Part shown: positions 1 to 11,257 of the stretch, one piece after another
How positions within the stretch are numbered: the first letter of the stretch is position 1
Layout of the letters: every line of letters begins with the position of its first letter
Assembly: GCA_030390025.1 (NCBI GenBank)
Contig: CM059431.1
Span: 104,968,001 to 105,032,000, forward strand
DNA: 64,000 bases
DNA from: Squalus acanthias
Lineage: Eukaryota
Direction: 5' to 3'
Notes under the pieces: generated by a model
Told to the model about the DNA's origin: nothing
Seen by the model: only the letters and a program-made list of their open reading frames with translations
Databases searched by the model: none
Position numbers and translations under genes: made by a program

Positions 1-180
1 TATTCAAATCTTTCCCTACATCAAAGACACACTAAGAGCACAGCCAAGACAATGAGATGTGTCCCAGGGGGTCCAACGTGTCAAAACACCTGCTGGCTGC
101 ATATCCTGTCAATTTGTGTTGGTTCTTGTGTTAGTCTTTTTAAAAAAAAAACACCTGGAAAGACCGGCCATGATGTCAAA

Positions 181-2010
181 TCACGTTCTGTATCGTGACA
201 TGAACCCGATATCGCGATTGAGGCCATCCTCATGAGTGCGGAACTTGGCTATCAGTTTCTGCTCTATGATTTTGCGCTGTCGTGTATCCCGAAGGCCGCC
301 TTGGAGAACGCTTACCCGCAGATCCGAGGCTGAATGCCCCTGGCTGCTGAAGTGTTCCCCGACTGGGAGGCAACCCTCCTGCCTGGCGATTGTTGCGCGG
401 TGTCCGTTCATACGTTGTCTCAGTGTCTGCATGGTCTCGCCGATGTACCATGCTCTGGAGCATCCTTTACTGCAACGTATCAGGTAGACAACGTTGGCCG
501 AGTCACATGAGTATGTACCATGTACCTGGTGGGTAGTGTCCTCACGTGTGATGATGGTATCTGTGTCCATGATTTGGCATGTCTTGCAGAGGTTGCCGTG
601 GCAGGGTTGTGTGGTGTCGTGGTTGCTGTTCTCCTGAAAGATGGGTAATCTGCTGCGAACTATGGTACTTTTGAGGTTAGGCGGCTGCTTGAAGGCGAGT
701 AGTGGAGGCGTGGGGATGGCCTTAGCAAGGTGTTCGTTGTCATCGATGACATGTTGAAGGCTGCGAAGAACATGGCGTAGTTTTTCCGCTCCGGGGAAGT
801 ACTGGACGACGTAGGGTACTCTGTTGGTTGTGTCCCGTGTTCGTCTTCTGAGGAGGTCTATGCGGTTTTTCGCTGTGGCCCGTCGGAACTGTCGATCGAC
901 GAGTCGAGCGTCATATCCCGTTCTTACGAGGGCGTCTTTCAGTGTCCGTAGGTGTCCATCGCGTTCCTCCTCGTCTGAGCAGATCCTGTGTATTCGCAGG
1001 GCTTGTCCATAGGGAATGGCTTCTTTAACGTGGTTAGGGTGGAAGCTGGAGAAGTGGAGCATCGTGAGGTTGTCCGTGGGCTTGCGGTAGAGTGAAGTGC
1101 TGAGGCGTCCGTCTTTGATGGAGATTCGTGTGTCCAAGAATGAAACCGATTCTGAGGAGTAGTCCATGGTGAGTTTGATGGTGGGATGGAACCTGTTGAT
1201 GCTATCGTGTAGTCCTTTCAGTGATCCTTCGCTGTGGGTCCAAAGGAAGAAGATGTCGTCGATGTATCTGGTGTACAGCGTTGGTTGGAGGTCCTGTGCA
1301 GCGAAGAAGTCTTGCTCGAACTTGTGCATGAAGATGTTGGCGTATTGGGGTGCGAATTTGGTCCCCATGGCTGTTCCGTGTGTTTGGGTAAAAAAATGGT
1401 TGTCGAAGGTGAAGACATTGTGGTCAAGGATGAAGCGGATGAGTTGTAGGATGGCGTCTGGAGATTGGCTGTTGTTGGTGTTGAGTACTGAGGCTGTCGC
1501 AGCGATGCCGTCATTGTGGGGGATATTGGTGTAGAGTGCCGATACGTCCATCGTGACGAGGAGTGTTCCTGGTTCAACTGGTCCATGGGTGCTGAGTTTC
1601 TGCAAGAAGTCTGTAGTGTCGCGACAGAAGCTGGGGGTTCCCTGTACGATGGGTTTCAGGATGCCCTCGACGTACCCAGAGAGGTTCTCACACAGGGTTC
1701 CGTTGCCTGATACGATAGGACGTCCGGGTGTGTTGGCTTTGTGTATCTTTGGGAGGCAGTAAAAGTCTCCTATGCGGGGAGTACGTGGGATGAGAGCGCG
1801 TAGGATGTTTTGAAGGTCTGGATCGAAGGTCTTGATCAGTCTATTGAGTTGGCGGGTGTGTTCTTTGGTCGGATCTGCGGGTAGCTGTCTGTAGTGTTCC
1901 TGGTTGTCCAGTTGTCGGTATGCTTCTTTGCAATAGTCCATTCTGTTCTGTATGACGATGGCTCCTCCTTTGTCCGTTGGACTATAACCTGGTGTTGTGC
2001 GACTTCTCAT
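181..2010 (-). CDS. Penelope-like element (probably Neptune clade) ORF: reverse transcriptase + GIY-YIG endonuclease, 5'-truncated
   Basis: Uninterrupted 609-aa ORF. RT motifs: DKG, GRPIVS, LVTMDVSALYTNIP, GTAMGTKFAPQYANIFM, YTRYIDDIF, FLD, LYRKPT. Cys-rich linker CHGNLCKTC..C. GIY-YIG: NVVYLIRC...WYIGET...LRQRMNGH. The first ~11 codons come from an inverted terminal-repeat fragment. Confidence 0.93.
   Translation of the reverse strand: MRSRTTPGYSPTDKGGAIVIQNRMDYCKEAYRQLDNQEHYRQLPADPTKEHTRQLNRLIKTFDPDLQNILRALIPRTPRIGDFYCLPKIHKANTPGRPIVSGNGTLCENLSGYVEGILKPIVQGTPSFCRDTTDFLQKLSTHGPVEPGTLLVTMDVSALYTNIPHNDGIAATASVLNTNNSQSPDAILQLIRFILDHNVFTFDNHFFTQTHGTAMGTKFAPQYANIFMHKFEQDFFAAQDLQPTLYTRYIDDIFFLWTHSEGSLKGLHDSINRFHPTIKLTMDYSSESVSFLDTRISIKDGRLSTSLYRKPTDNLTMLHFSSFHPNHVKEAIPYGQALRIHRICSDEEERDGHLRTLKDALVRTGYDARLVDRQFRRATAKNRIDLLRRRTRDTTNRVPYVVQYFPGAEKLRHVLRSLQHVIDDNEHLAKAIPTPPLLAFKQPPNLKSTIVRSRLPIFQENSNHDTTQPCHGNLCKTCQIMDTDTIITREDTTHQVHGTYSCDSANVVYLIRCSKGCSRAWYIGETMQTLRQRMNGHRATIARQEGCLPVGEHFSSQGHSASDLRVSVLQGGLRDTRQRKIIEQKLIAKFRTHEDGLNRDIGFMSRYRT
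1976..2009 (+). repeat. Inverted pLTR tail fragment at the 5' end of the Penelope-like element
   Basis: GTTGGACTATAACCTGGTGTTGTGCGACTT is identical to 22412-22441 and to the reverse complement of the other arm of that fold-back (~22236-22269). Confidence 0.85.
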
Positions 2011-2011
2011 T

Positions 2012-2240
2012 TCTTAAAGGCATCTATGCTATTCGCTTCAACCACTCCATGTGGTACCGAGTTACACATTCTCACCACTCTGAGAAAAGATGTTTCTCCT
2101 GAATTCCTTATTGGATTTATTAGTGACTATCTTATATCGATGGCCCCTAGATTTGGACTCCCTCACAAGTGGAAACATCTTCTCTACGTTTACCCTGTTG
2201 AACCCCTTCATAATTTTACCACTCAGCCTTCTCTTTTATA
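2012..2240 (-). mobile_element. CR1 LINE fragment (ORF2 C-terminus)
   Basis: Degenerate reverse complement of the ..RG.KY..TNKSNKEFRR..RVVRMCNSVP.GVVEANSIDAF segment seen in other copies. Confidence 0.75.
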
Positions 2241-2906
2241 GAGTTATTAGCACAGATGGAGCCATGTTCTATTAACCAACACTAGGAGATGCACTAGAGT
2301 CCTGCTGTTACCTCTCCGACCCATGGCGAAATGGTTGGTCTGCACTTGCAGCCTCCCAGCAATGACATGGTTGGTGGCTCATGGTGTGGGAGTCCCTTTG
2401 CTCACTATTTTCATAAAATTTTGGTACAGATAATGAGCAGAATTTTTTTTTCCACCATTTAAGAACTTGCAGCTTGCAAACTAATGTCCTACTACCCCAC
2501 AGTGCAGTGTGAGGAGCCGCAATGCAGCTGGATGGCAAAGTACCTAAAACCTGGACTTGCTGAGAGGGGGAAACATTACTACGGTCATCAGAAAGGGGAA
2601 CACCTGACAAGTCATTGAAAAGTGCATGCCGATGTGTGCACAAGGGGAGTGAATTACCACAGGGCTCCGCCCGCTGCCCAGTCATAACTTCATCAAATGT
2701 TTGGTGAAAAACCCTGTTTACACACGTAAGTGGGTTCTCTGTCAGTGTTCAGGCAGTCCAGCAAGAGAAGGCCCCAGGAAATTCAACTGCATGGTATCTT
2801 TCAATAAGTATAACCCAGAAAACTGCGGCCTGAATCACTGCTCCCAGGTGATTTGAAAACCATGTCTTCAGTCTTCAATATTGGAGATTTAGTTGCTACC
2901 TATGTT

Positions 2907-3805
2907 TCCTAAAACCTTTGTTTTGGAAATTACTACTTTGACTATATCAATGATAGACATACTGGTATGAGATTGATATCGGGAGTGCAGCCCTCAGTCT
3001 GCAGACTCAAGTTATACTGCTGGCTACAGCTTGTTGCACTCGTCACACGCAAGCGCAGAGATATGCTTCCAGATGTTTAATTTTTAACATTGCGAGAGTG
3101 CACCTATTCTAATATCTCATACTATTTTTATAAAATCATCCCCAGAACCAACTGCACGGGTGCTTTTCAAACTTCACACTGAGCCGGCAAAGCCCAAGTT
3201 ATAGGATATTACCTAGAAAGACTTGCATTTATATAGCACCTTTCATGACCTCAGGATATCCCAAAGCGCTTTACAGCCAATTGAAGAGTAGCCACTGCTG
3301 TGGTGTAGGAAATGCAGCAGCCAATTTGCGCACAGCAAGCTCCCACAAAAAGCAAAAAAATAAACAACCAGATCATCGGTTTTAGTTGTTGGTTGAGGGA
3401 TGTTGGCCAGGACTCCACTGCTTTTCTTCGGAAGAGTGCCGTGGGGTCACTTACATCCACCTGAGAGGGCAAACGGGGCTTCGGTTCAACGTCTGATCAA
3501 AACGATAGCGCCTAAGTACTGCACTGGAGTGTTGGCCTAGATTATGTGCTCAAGACTCTGGAGTGGGACTTGAACCTGCTTCTGACTCAGAGACGAGAGC
3601 GCTACCCACTGAGTCACAGTGGACGGTGGTTTCATAACTCTTGCTTTAGTGCTTGCGTGCGACGAGTGCAAAGTGCAACAAGCTGTAGCCAGCAGTATAA
3701 CTTGAGTCTGCAGACTGAGGGCTGCACTTCAGACAGCAATCTCATACCAGTATGTGGATCCTTGAAATAGTCAAAGTGGTAATTTCCAACACAAAGGTTT
3801 TGGGA
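2907..3805. repeat. ~150-bp inverted repeat (arms ~2907-3060 and ~3644-3805)
   Basis: AGTGCAGCCCTCAGTCTGCAGACTCAAGTTATACTGCTGGCTACAGCTTGTTGCACT in the left arm has an exact reverse complement in the right arm. Confidence 0.9.
3215..3624 (-). mobile_element. Deu-domain tRNA SINE (SacSINE1-like)
   Basis: Reverse complement of the tRNA-like head (GGTTCAAGTCCC B-box), the Deu core and the L2-like tail. Confidence 0.85.
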
Positions 3806-4178
3806 GTGCGGCACTGTTGAAGGTCCCGTCTTTCGGATGAGACGTTAAACCTCTCGGGTAGCGTAACAGCACAAACTAGTTGGGTCGAATGGCCTGTTCC
3901 TGTGCTGTGTATCATATGTAAGAGGTCCCACAGCACTATTCGAAGAAGAGCAGGGGAGTTCTCCCGGTGTCCTGGCCAACATTTATCCCTCAACCAACAT
4001 CACTAAAACAGATTAATGGCCATTATCGTATTGCTCTTTGTGGGATCAGGCTGCGCGCAAAATTGGTTGCTGCGTTTCTCACATTACAAAAGCGACAACA
4101 CTTCGCGAAGTAATTCTTTGGCTGAAAAGCGCCTTGAGGTCATGAAAAGTGCAATATAAAAGGCCAGACTTTCTTTTC
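3802..4178 (+). mobile_element. Deu-SINE, 5'-truncated, with a short CR1 3'UTR-like insert (~3855-3920)
   Basis: TTTCGGATGAGACGTTAAACC ... GAAGAAGAGCAGGGGAGTTCTCCCGGTGTCCTGGCC core. Confidence 0.8.
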
Positions 4179-4761
4179 TCTTTTTAGAATACTCAGGAGC
4201 CAGACCATTGACCTGAATCCTTCCCATTTTGCGTGTATCCAAAACCGTTGTGTATCAATGCGAAAGTGGTGGATAATGACCAACTTTAACTACACTTTAC
4301 AGAAGCAAGATTTGGTTTCTCACCACTATACCAGGTCAGGTTTAATGAGGTGTGCTGTATGCAATAATTCAGAACTGCCACAGGGTGGTGGAAGATACAC
4401 TTTACATCCTTATTCTTCACCCAGTTTACATGCAAGTTTACAATATACTGTCCGCAATTGGCCCACTGGAACCATTCATTTATAGAGAAGTAAAATCTGC
4501 AATAAAATTACAAATATTCACATGATTTTTTAGCTTCAACCTACCAGGATAAGTATTTTAGAAAGAAAAATTACTATTGATTTTAAACCTTAAGTCTGAT
4601 TCTCTTGGTTGTTTCAATATTTTCCTTAGGTTTAATTCTAACTTGTGTTTAATGTTAGTTTGAGATTTTTGGGAGGTGCGGGTGGCGGGGGGGGTGGGGG
4701 GAGAAAACAGAGTTGCAGTTCATTACTACAAACTTTGCTTCTTTTTCTCTCTCTCGCTGGT

Positions 4762-4866
4762 AGATTATGTTACAACAGTGACTACATTTCAAAAGTACTT
4801 CATTGGCTGTAAAGCGCTTTGGGATCGTGAAAGGTGCTATATAAATGCAAGTTCTTTCTTTCTTTC
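4762..4866 (+). mobile_element. Deu-SINE 3' tail
   Basis: TTACAACAGTGACTAC..AAAAGTACTTCATTGGCTGTAAAGCGCTTTGGG..TATATAAATGCAAGTTCTTTC. Confidence 0.8.
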
Positions 4867-4885
4867 TAGAAGCTATGTTATATTG

Positions 4886-5771
4886 GATGAGATTCTGAAG
4901 GGGATTGACAGGGTAGATGCTGAGAGGTTGTTTCCCCTGGCTGGAGTGTCCAGAACTAAGGGGCCTAGTCTCAGGATAAGGGGTCGGCCATTTAAGACTG
5001 AGATGAGGAATTTCTTCACTCAGAGGGTTGTGAATCTTTGGAATTCTCTGCCCCAGAGGGCTGTGAATGTTGAGTCTTTGGGTATATTCAAGGCTGAGAT
5101 AGATAGATTTTTGGAATCTAGGGGAATCAAGGGATATGGAGATTGGGCGGGAAAGTGGAGTTGAGGTCGATGATCAGCCATGATCTATTGAATGACGGAG
5201 CACGCTCGAGTAAGGATTTTCTTGCCATGGAAGGAGTTCAGTGAAGATTCACAAGGCTGATACCTGGGATGGCAGGAATGGCGTATGAAGAGAGATTGGG
5301 TCGATTGGGCTTATACTCGCTGGATTTAGAAGAATGAGAGGGGATCTCATTGAAACTTATAAAATTCTGACAGGACAGGACAAACTAGATGCAGGAAGAA
5401 TGTTCCCGATGGTCGGGGAGTCCAGACCAGGGGTCACAGTCTAAGGGGTAAGCCATTTAGGACAGAAATGAGGAGGAATTTCTTCACCCAGAGAGTGGTG
5501 AACCTGTGGAATTCTCTGCCACAGAAGGCAGTAGAGGCCAATTCATTAAATAGATTCAAGAAGGAGTTAGATATATTTCTTAAGGCTAAAGGGATCAAGG
5601 GATATGGGGAGAAAGCAGGGACAGGGTACTGAATTTGGATGATCAGCCATGATCGCATTGAATGGCGGAGCAGGCTAGAGGGGCCGAATGGCCTACTCCT
5701 GCTCCTATCTTCTATGTTTCTATGAGGGGCCGTATGGCCTACTCCTGCTCTTATTTCTTATGTTCTTATGT
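4886..5771 (+). mobile_element. CR1 LINE 3' end interrupted in its 3'UTR by a second CR1
   Basis: ILKGIDRVDAERLFPLAG..RNFFTQRVVNLWNSLP. The 3'UTR breaks at GCTCGAG (5210) and resumes at GGGGCCGTATGGCC (~5726), ending in (TATGTTCT)n. Confidence 0.9.
5211..5724 (+). mobile_element. CR1 LINE 3' end nested in another CR1; same subfamily as 26414-27035
   Basis: Near-identical to 26510-27035, with its own TATGTTTCTATG tail. Confidence 0.88.
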
Positions 5772-5836
5772 TATCTGATGGATTGACTAAATGACTATAA
5801 TAATTAGATGTGATTGAATTACTGTGTTTCACTTAC

Positions 5837-5929
5837 ATACAGTGCCACAGATCGGTAGAGTATTGGCACTACCTTGTGATGTTTTTTGGGAAGTAGAGCT
5901 CCCCTCTCAGGCAGGCCAGCCTGTGCTTC
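5837..5929 (-). other. Candidate 93-nt exon of an unidentified minus-strand transcript
   Basis: Acceptor ttccccttgctccctcttcAG and donor GTAAGT, in unique sequence. Confidence 0.35.
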
Positions 5930-6041
5930 CTGAAGAGGGAGCAAGGGGAAGTAAACAGACAAGAGCAGTACGCATTCTCCTGGTACCAGATTCATGAGCG
6001 GCATTGGCAGAAACTTCAAAGCGGGGTGAATGTTTACTCAC

Positions 6042-6072
6042 TTAGTTCCTCTAACATGTACCAAAGGGGAAC
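6042..6072 (-). other. Candidate 31-nt exon
   Basis: Acceptor atttcctcctcttgttAG and donor GTGAGT, with a 112-nt intron to the 93-nt candidate. Confidence 0.3.
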
Positions 6073-6947
6073 CTAACAAGAGGAGGAAATGACACATACA
6101 GGAGAAACGAAAAGAGGATTAAAAAGTACATCAAGTGGATGACCATTAGCTGAAGGCTACCTTTGCAATGGTTTAGAACAGCATTAGAATTGAAGGATGG
6201 AATTTATATTAAAATGCCACTTCCACAGGCTGTAAAGAACGATTATTCTACAATGTGATTATAATGTTGCGTCCACAAGCTATAAAGAATGATTATGCTG
6301 CAATGTGATTACAATAATCTTAATATAATATTGGCAGACTGGGAACTTTGAAGACAAATTCATTGAAGAGAAAAATCTGAGCTGAAAATAGAGCTAGGCT
6401 TGTTCTGTTAAAAGTCTGCTGGTTAATAATTTAAATGGGGATTATGTAAAATCCTATTTAAATACTACACCTTCAACCATTATTGTGAATAGGTGGGCCA
6501 ATGAATTTCCCCTCCCACTCCTCCCCAAAATGATTGCTCAAATTTACCTCAAAAATAGGATTGGTAAATATTGCAGACCAGGTGCTAATCTGACAAGTGA
6601 ATGTTCGTGCGGAGCTTGCCAAGTTGGTCTGCTAGGCTACCAAGTGACAATGAACCTCAAGGCTAAATGGGCTTAAGAAAAAAATAGCACATCCTAATTG
6701 TCAGGTAAACAAAACACACAGTATTATCTCCATTGAAACTAATTCAGGAAACTCACAACAGCTCATGCAGCACAATAAAAAGGTAAAACATCTATTAAAT
6801 GGATGCATTGCTGTATTATTTATTGCAACGGTTTCTTTAATTGCTTTGGGCTGAATAGGCATATTAAACAATCCCTTTAACCCTCTTTACACAGTAATTC
6901 ACTCCCCCGCAAATTCTCGTATTGCATCCCTCATGGTACATAGGGCA

Positions 6948-7790
6948 CGGGCATGATATTGATCTCTGACTTTGTGGGCAGGATAACTCGGAGGCGCGGA
7001 GGGAGCCAGGGTGGGGGGGGGAGGGGGGGCGGTGGGTGGGGGGGGGGCTGTGGTGGGCGGGTGGGGGGGGGGTGGGGTGCTGGATTGCGGTCAGGAAACC
7101 CGGGAGAATGGGTTTTCCCATCAGGCCCTGCCGGATTAAACGGCAGAGCCTGCTTAACATTTTTTTTCTCTGTTTCCCGACTATAGCCAGCCAGATTGAG
7201 AGGCTGGCTGTCTGGCTGTCGGGCGAGTAGGCCTGCGGCACCAGGCCGCAGCCGGGGAGCGGAGAGGAGGGAGGGATCGGAGGCTGAAGCGGGGTGTCGG
7301 AAACCGGGGGCCAGATTTCTAAATCATGAGGGGTCTGGACAGAGTAGATAGAGAGAAACTGTTCCCATTGGTGGAAGGGGCGAGAACCAGAGGACACAGA
7401 TTTAAGGTGATTGGCAAAAGAACCAAAAGCGACATAAGAAAAAACTTTTTTATGCTGCGAGTTGTTAAGATCTGGAATGCACTGCCTGAGAGGGTGGTGG
7501 AGGCAGACTCAATTTTATCTTTCAAAAAGGAGTTGGATAAGTATCTGAAGGAAAAATAATTGCAGGGCTATGGGAAAGGGCAGGGGAGTGGGACTAGCTG
7601 AGAGTCGGCATGGGCTCGACGGGCTGAATGGCCTTCTTCCGTGCTGTAACCATTCTATGATTCTATTCTATGATTCAGAGATCGGGAAGGTCAGGTGGGT
7701 GTTTGATCGCGGGGGGTGTTGGTGAGGCAGGTACGCTGGATCCACTTACCTCCTGGATCCAGCAGTCCCCACCTTCCTTTAGCCGCTGGG
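6948..7790. mobile_element. GC-rich MITE-like remnant interrupted by CR1
   Basis: Starts GGGCATGATATTGA and has G-runs and TCAGGAAACCCG motifs resembling 16451-17110. GC-rich sequence continues after the CR1 tail. Confidence 0.45.
7320..7677 (+). mobile_element. CR1 LINE 3' end ((ATTCTATG)n-tail subfamily)
   Basis: MRGLDRVDREKLFPLVEG..KNFFMLRVVKIWNALPERVVEADS; paralogous to 27408-27748. Confidence 0.9.
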
Positions 7791-7794
7791 TTCC

Positions 7795-8033
7795 CTCACA
7801 GGGTTGTGAATCTTTGGAATTCTCTGTCCCGGAGGTCGGTGGATGCTCAGTCGTTGAGTATATTCAAGGCTGAGATAGATAGATTTTTGGACTCTAAAAG
7901 AATCAAGGGATATGGGGCATCGGGCGGGAAAGTGGAGTTGAGGTTGAAGATCAGCCATGATCTTACTGAGTGGCGGAGCAGGCTTGAGGGGCCGTCTGGC
8001 CTATCTCTGCTCCTAATTCTTATGTTCTTATGT
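7795..8033 (+). mobile_element. CR1 LINE 3' end
   Basis: RVVNLWNSL..IFKAEIDRFLD..GYG plus 3'UTR and TATGTTCT tail. Confidence 0.88.
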
Positions 8034-9400
8034 CCTTGAACGTATTGTCGCCTCCCTAATCCTTGCCCATCTTTCCCGCAATTCCATGTTTGAATCCCTC
8101 CAATCAGGTTTCCGCCCTTGCCACAGTACCGAAACGGCTCTCATCAAAGTCACAAATGACATCCTTTGTGACTGTGACAAAGGTAAACTATCCCTCCTCG
8201 TCCTTCTTGACTTGTCTGCAGCCTTTGACATGGTTGACCACTCCATCCTCCTCCAATGCCGCTCCACCATCATCCAGCTGGGTGGGACTTCACTCGCCTG
8301 GTTCCATTCTTATCTATCTAATCATTACCTGGTGTCCCCCTAGGATCTATCCTTAGGCCCCTCCTATTTTTCATCTACATGCTGCCCCTTGGCGACATCA
8401 TCCAAAAACACAGCATCAGTTTCCACATGTACGCTGACAACACCCAGCTCTACCTCACCACCACTTCTCTCGACCCCTCCACGGTCTCTAAATTGTCAGA
8501 CTGCTCATCCGATCCAGTTCTGGATGAGCAGAAATTTTCTCCAATTAAATATTGGGATGACCGAAGCCATTGTTTCAGTCCCCGCTACAAACTCCATTCC
8601 TTAGCCACTGACTCCATCCCTCTCCCTAACATCTGTCTGAGCCTGAACCACACAGTTCGCAACCTTGGTGTCATTTACTGTATGACCCTGAAATGAGCTT
8701 CCGACCACATATCCGCAGCATCACTAAGACCGCCTACTTCCACCTCCGTAACATCGCCCGTCTCCGCCCTTGGCTCAGCTCATTCACTGCTGAAACTCTC
8801 ATCCATGCCTTTGTTACCTCTAGACTTCACTATTCCAACGCACTCCTGGTTGGCCTCCCACAATTCTACCCTACGTAAACTTGAGGTCATCCAAAACTCA
8901 GCTGCCTGTATCCTAACTCGCATGAAGTCCCGTTCACCCATCACCCCCTGTGCTCACTGACCTACATTGGCTCCCGGTTAAGCAACGCCTCGATTTCAAA
9001 ATTCTCATCCTTGTTTTCAAATCCCTCCATGGCCTCGCCCCCTCCCTATCTCTGTAATCTCCTCCAGCCCCACAACCCCTGACATATCTGCACTACTCTA
9101 ATTCTGCCCTCTTGAGCATCCCTGATTATAATCGCTCCACCATTGCTGGCCGTGCCTTCTGTTGCCTAGGCACCTAAGCTCTGGAATTCCCTGCCTAAAC
9201 CTCTCCGCCTCGCTACCACTTTCCTCCTTTAAGACGCTCCTTAAAACCTACCTCTTTGACCAAGCTTTTGGTCACCTGCCCTAACTTCTCCTTATGTGGC
9301 TCGGTCTCAAATGTTTTGTCTTATAATACTGCTATGAAGCACCTTGGGACGTTTTACTACATTGAAGGCGCTAGATAAATACAAGTTGTTGTTGTTGTTG
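8034..9400 (+). mobile_element. L2 LINE fragment (degenerate RT + 3' end)
   Basis: QSGFRPCHSTETALIKVTND..LLDLSAAFDMVDH, FHMYADNTQLY and LIHAFVTSRL; frameshifted; (GTT)n tail. Confidence 0.92.
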
Positions 9401-10002
9401 ATGTATGTTCTTATAATGAATGATTAACAAGTTAATTTATCATTGATCTGCTCTGTGATATAGCAGCAGAGAAAACAAAACCAAGTCCTTAAAACATGTT
9501 CGATGAAGGCTTGACTTCATAAAGGCCCAAATGAACAGATCAGCATTTTAGCTTGAAATTGCAGGGTAAAAGGTTAAAACTTATACTGCAGGCTTGTGCT
9601 ACCTTGAAAGACAGGATCTGGCCAGCTTTCTCTCAGAGGACAGGCCAGCACATTATGAAAGCACAGTCAGGAGCAACAGTCTAATCTGAACGAGGCAGAG
9701 CTCACTGGAGGAGCCACTCAGAGTTATTTGAATTGCATACTTTAGACCAAGCAACAAAATAGCAGCAGCATATGCTATCAGTGGCTATTGTGGTGCAGTA
9801 AATGATGTTGAATAGCTGTATTTTTGACGAGGTATAATTGGTAATGCCACCTAGTTTGTTTCCCAGTAATCTCATTTTCTTTCAAGCTCCCTGATAGAAA
9901 ATGTCCCTAATTGATCATTCTTCCTGACAAGAAACCTGGAGTTAAATATTTGAATGGAAGCATAAAATGAATTCGAGACAAGGCTGTAAATACATTGCTG
10001 GA

Positions 10003-10388
10003 GCAACAACAATAGCTTGCATTTATACAGCACCTTTAACATAATAAAACGCCAGGGTGCATCACAGGAGCGATTATGAAACAACATTTGACACCTAGCC
10101 ATATAAGGAGATATTAGGGCAGATGAGAGGTCAGTTTTAAGGAGCTTAAAGGAGGAGAGAGAGGTAGAGAGGCGGAGAGGTTTAGGGAGGGAATTCCAGA
10201 GCTCAGGGCCTTGGCAGCTGAAGGCACGGCCGCCAATGGTGGAGCGATGAACATTGGTGGTGCACAAGAGGCTAGAATTGGAGGAGTGCAGAGATCTCGG
10301 AGGGTTGTAGGGCTGGAGGAGGTTACAGAGATAGGGAGGGGGTGAGGCCACGGAGGGACTTGAATACAAGGATGAGAATTTTAAAATC
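10003..10388 (-). mobile_element. L2 LINE 3' end
   Basis: FKILILVFKS-like..RSTIGGRAFS..LWNSLPKPLRL; CAACAAC tail. Confidence 0.88.
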
Positions 10389-11087
10389 GGGGCCATTACA
10401 GTGACACGCGTACCATGATCAGGTGTCTTGAAAGATATTTTAACATGTTTACACACAGGGGCGAGTGCCGTGACAGGGCCAGTGATATATTTGCTGATCG
10501 TGTCTATTTTATGTGGAGTTATCATTATTTTTAAAATAAAGCAAAGCTAAAAATGTTCGAGACTGCATTTTTTGGGGAGGGCGGGGTGAATATTACGTGC
10601 TTTTCAAGGCGAGAGATTCCGTAACTTCGAAATGGAATCCTCTCCTACTGCATGCACCCGGTGTCAGCATCAAGTATTTCCAGATCAGGTATGGTAGGTT
10701 CGACGCTGAAGTGGGTTTGGAATCCATATCGACAGATCCCCACACAAATCACACAACTCTGAGCCACGACTAACCTTAACTGTTCCCACACATTCTGCGT
10801 GAGAGCTTCAATTCAATATTAGAATGTGTAATAATTATATAAAAATGAGATTGGGCACATTTCACTGATGTTTATGTCGGAGCAAGTCTATTTTTCTCTG
10901 ACCAGTAGTCTAAATGGACAGAAAATGAAGCAAGCTCTGTCACATATGTGTAAACCTTCCTGTCCAGTTGTCCTCTGTACGTTGCGCATTGATGATCCTT
11001 TATGCTCAAGACGATAAGAGGGGAATCTGCCCTTTTGTTTCAATGCCAATGCAATCTGGTAATGTTTGTAGGAAGTTATAAATAAAG

Positions 11088-11255
11088 AAAAGAACTTGCT
11101 TTTATATAGCACCTTTTACATCCTCAGGACATTCCAAAGTGCTGCGCAACTAGTCTGCTCTCTCAGGTGGACGTAAATGAACCCATGGCACTATTTCGAA
11201 GAAGAGCAGGGGAGTTCTCCCCTGGCCAATATTTATCCCTCAACCAACATCAAAA
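11088..11255. mobile_element. Two Deu-SINE fragments (minus tail ~11088-11140; plus core ~11153-11255)
   Basis: Matches to the tail and the core of full copies. Confidence 0.75.
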
Positions 11256-11257
11256 AA

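Noticed and set aside
230..1762. Short ORFs overlapping the Penelope ORF
   Set aside because: Alternative-frame or antisense shadows of a GC-rich coding sequence
2308..2685. 125-aa minus-strand ORF
   Set aside because: No recognisable homology and no good splice acceptor
7010..7080. G-quadruplex or low-complexity ORFs (also ~20170-20400)
   Set aside because: G/C homopolymer runs inside MITE remnants; no evidence of function, and prone to sequencing error
9872..10525. 217-aa minus-strand ORF
   Set aside because: Chance read-through of an L2 3' fragment plus flanking sequence
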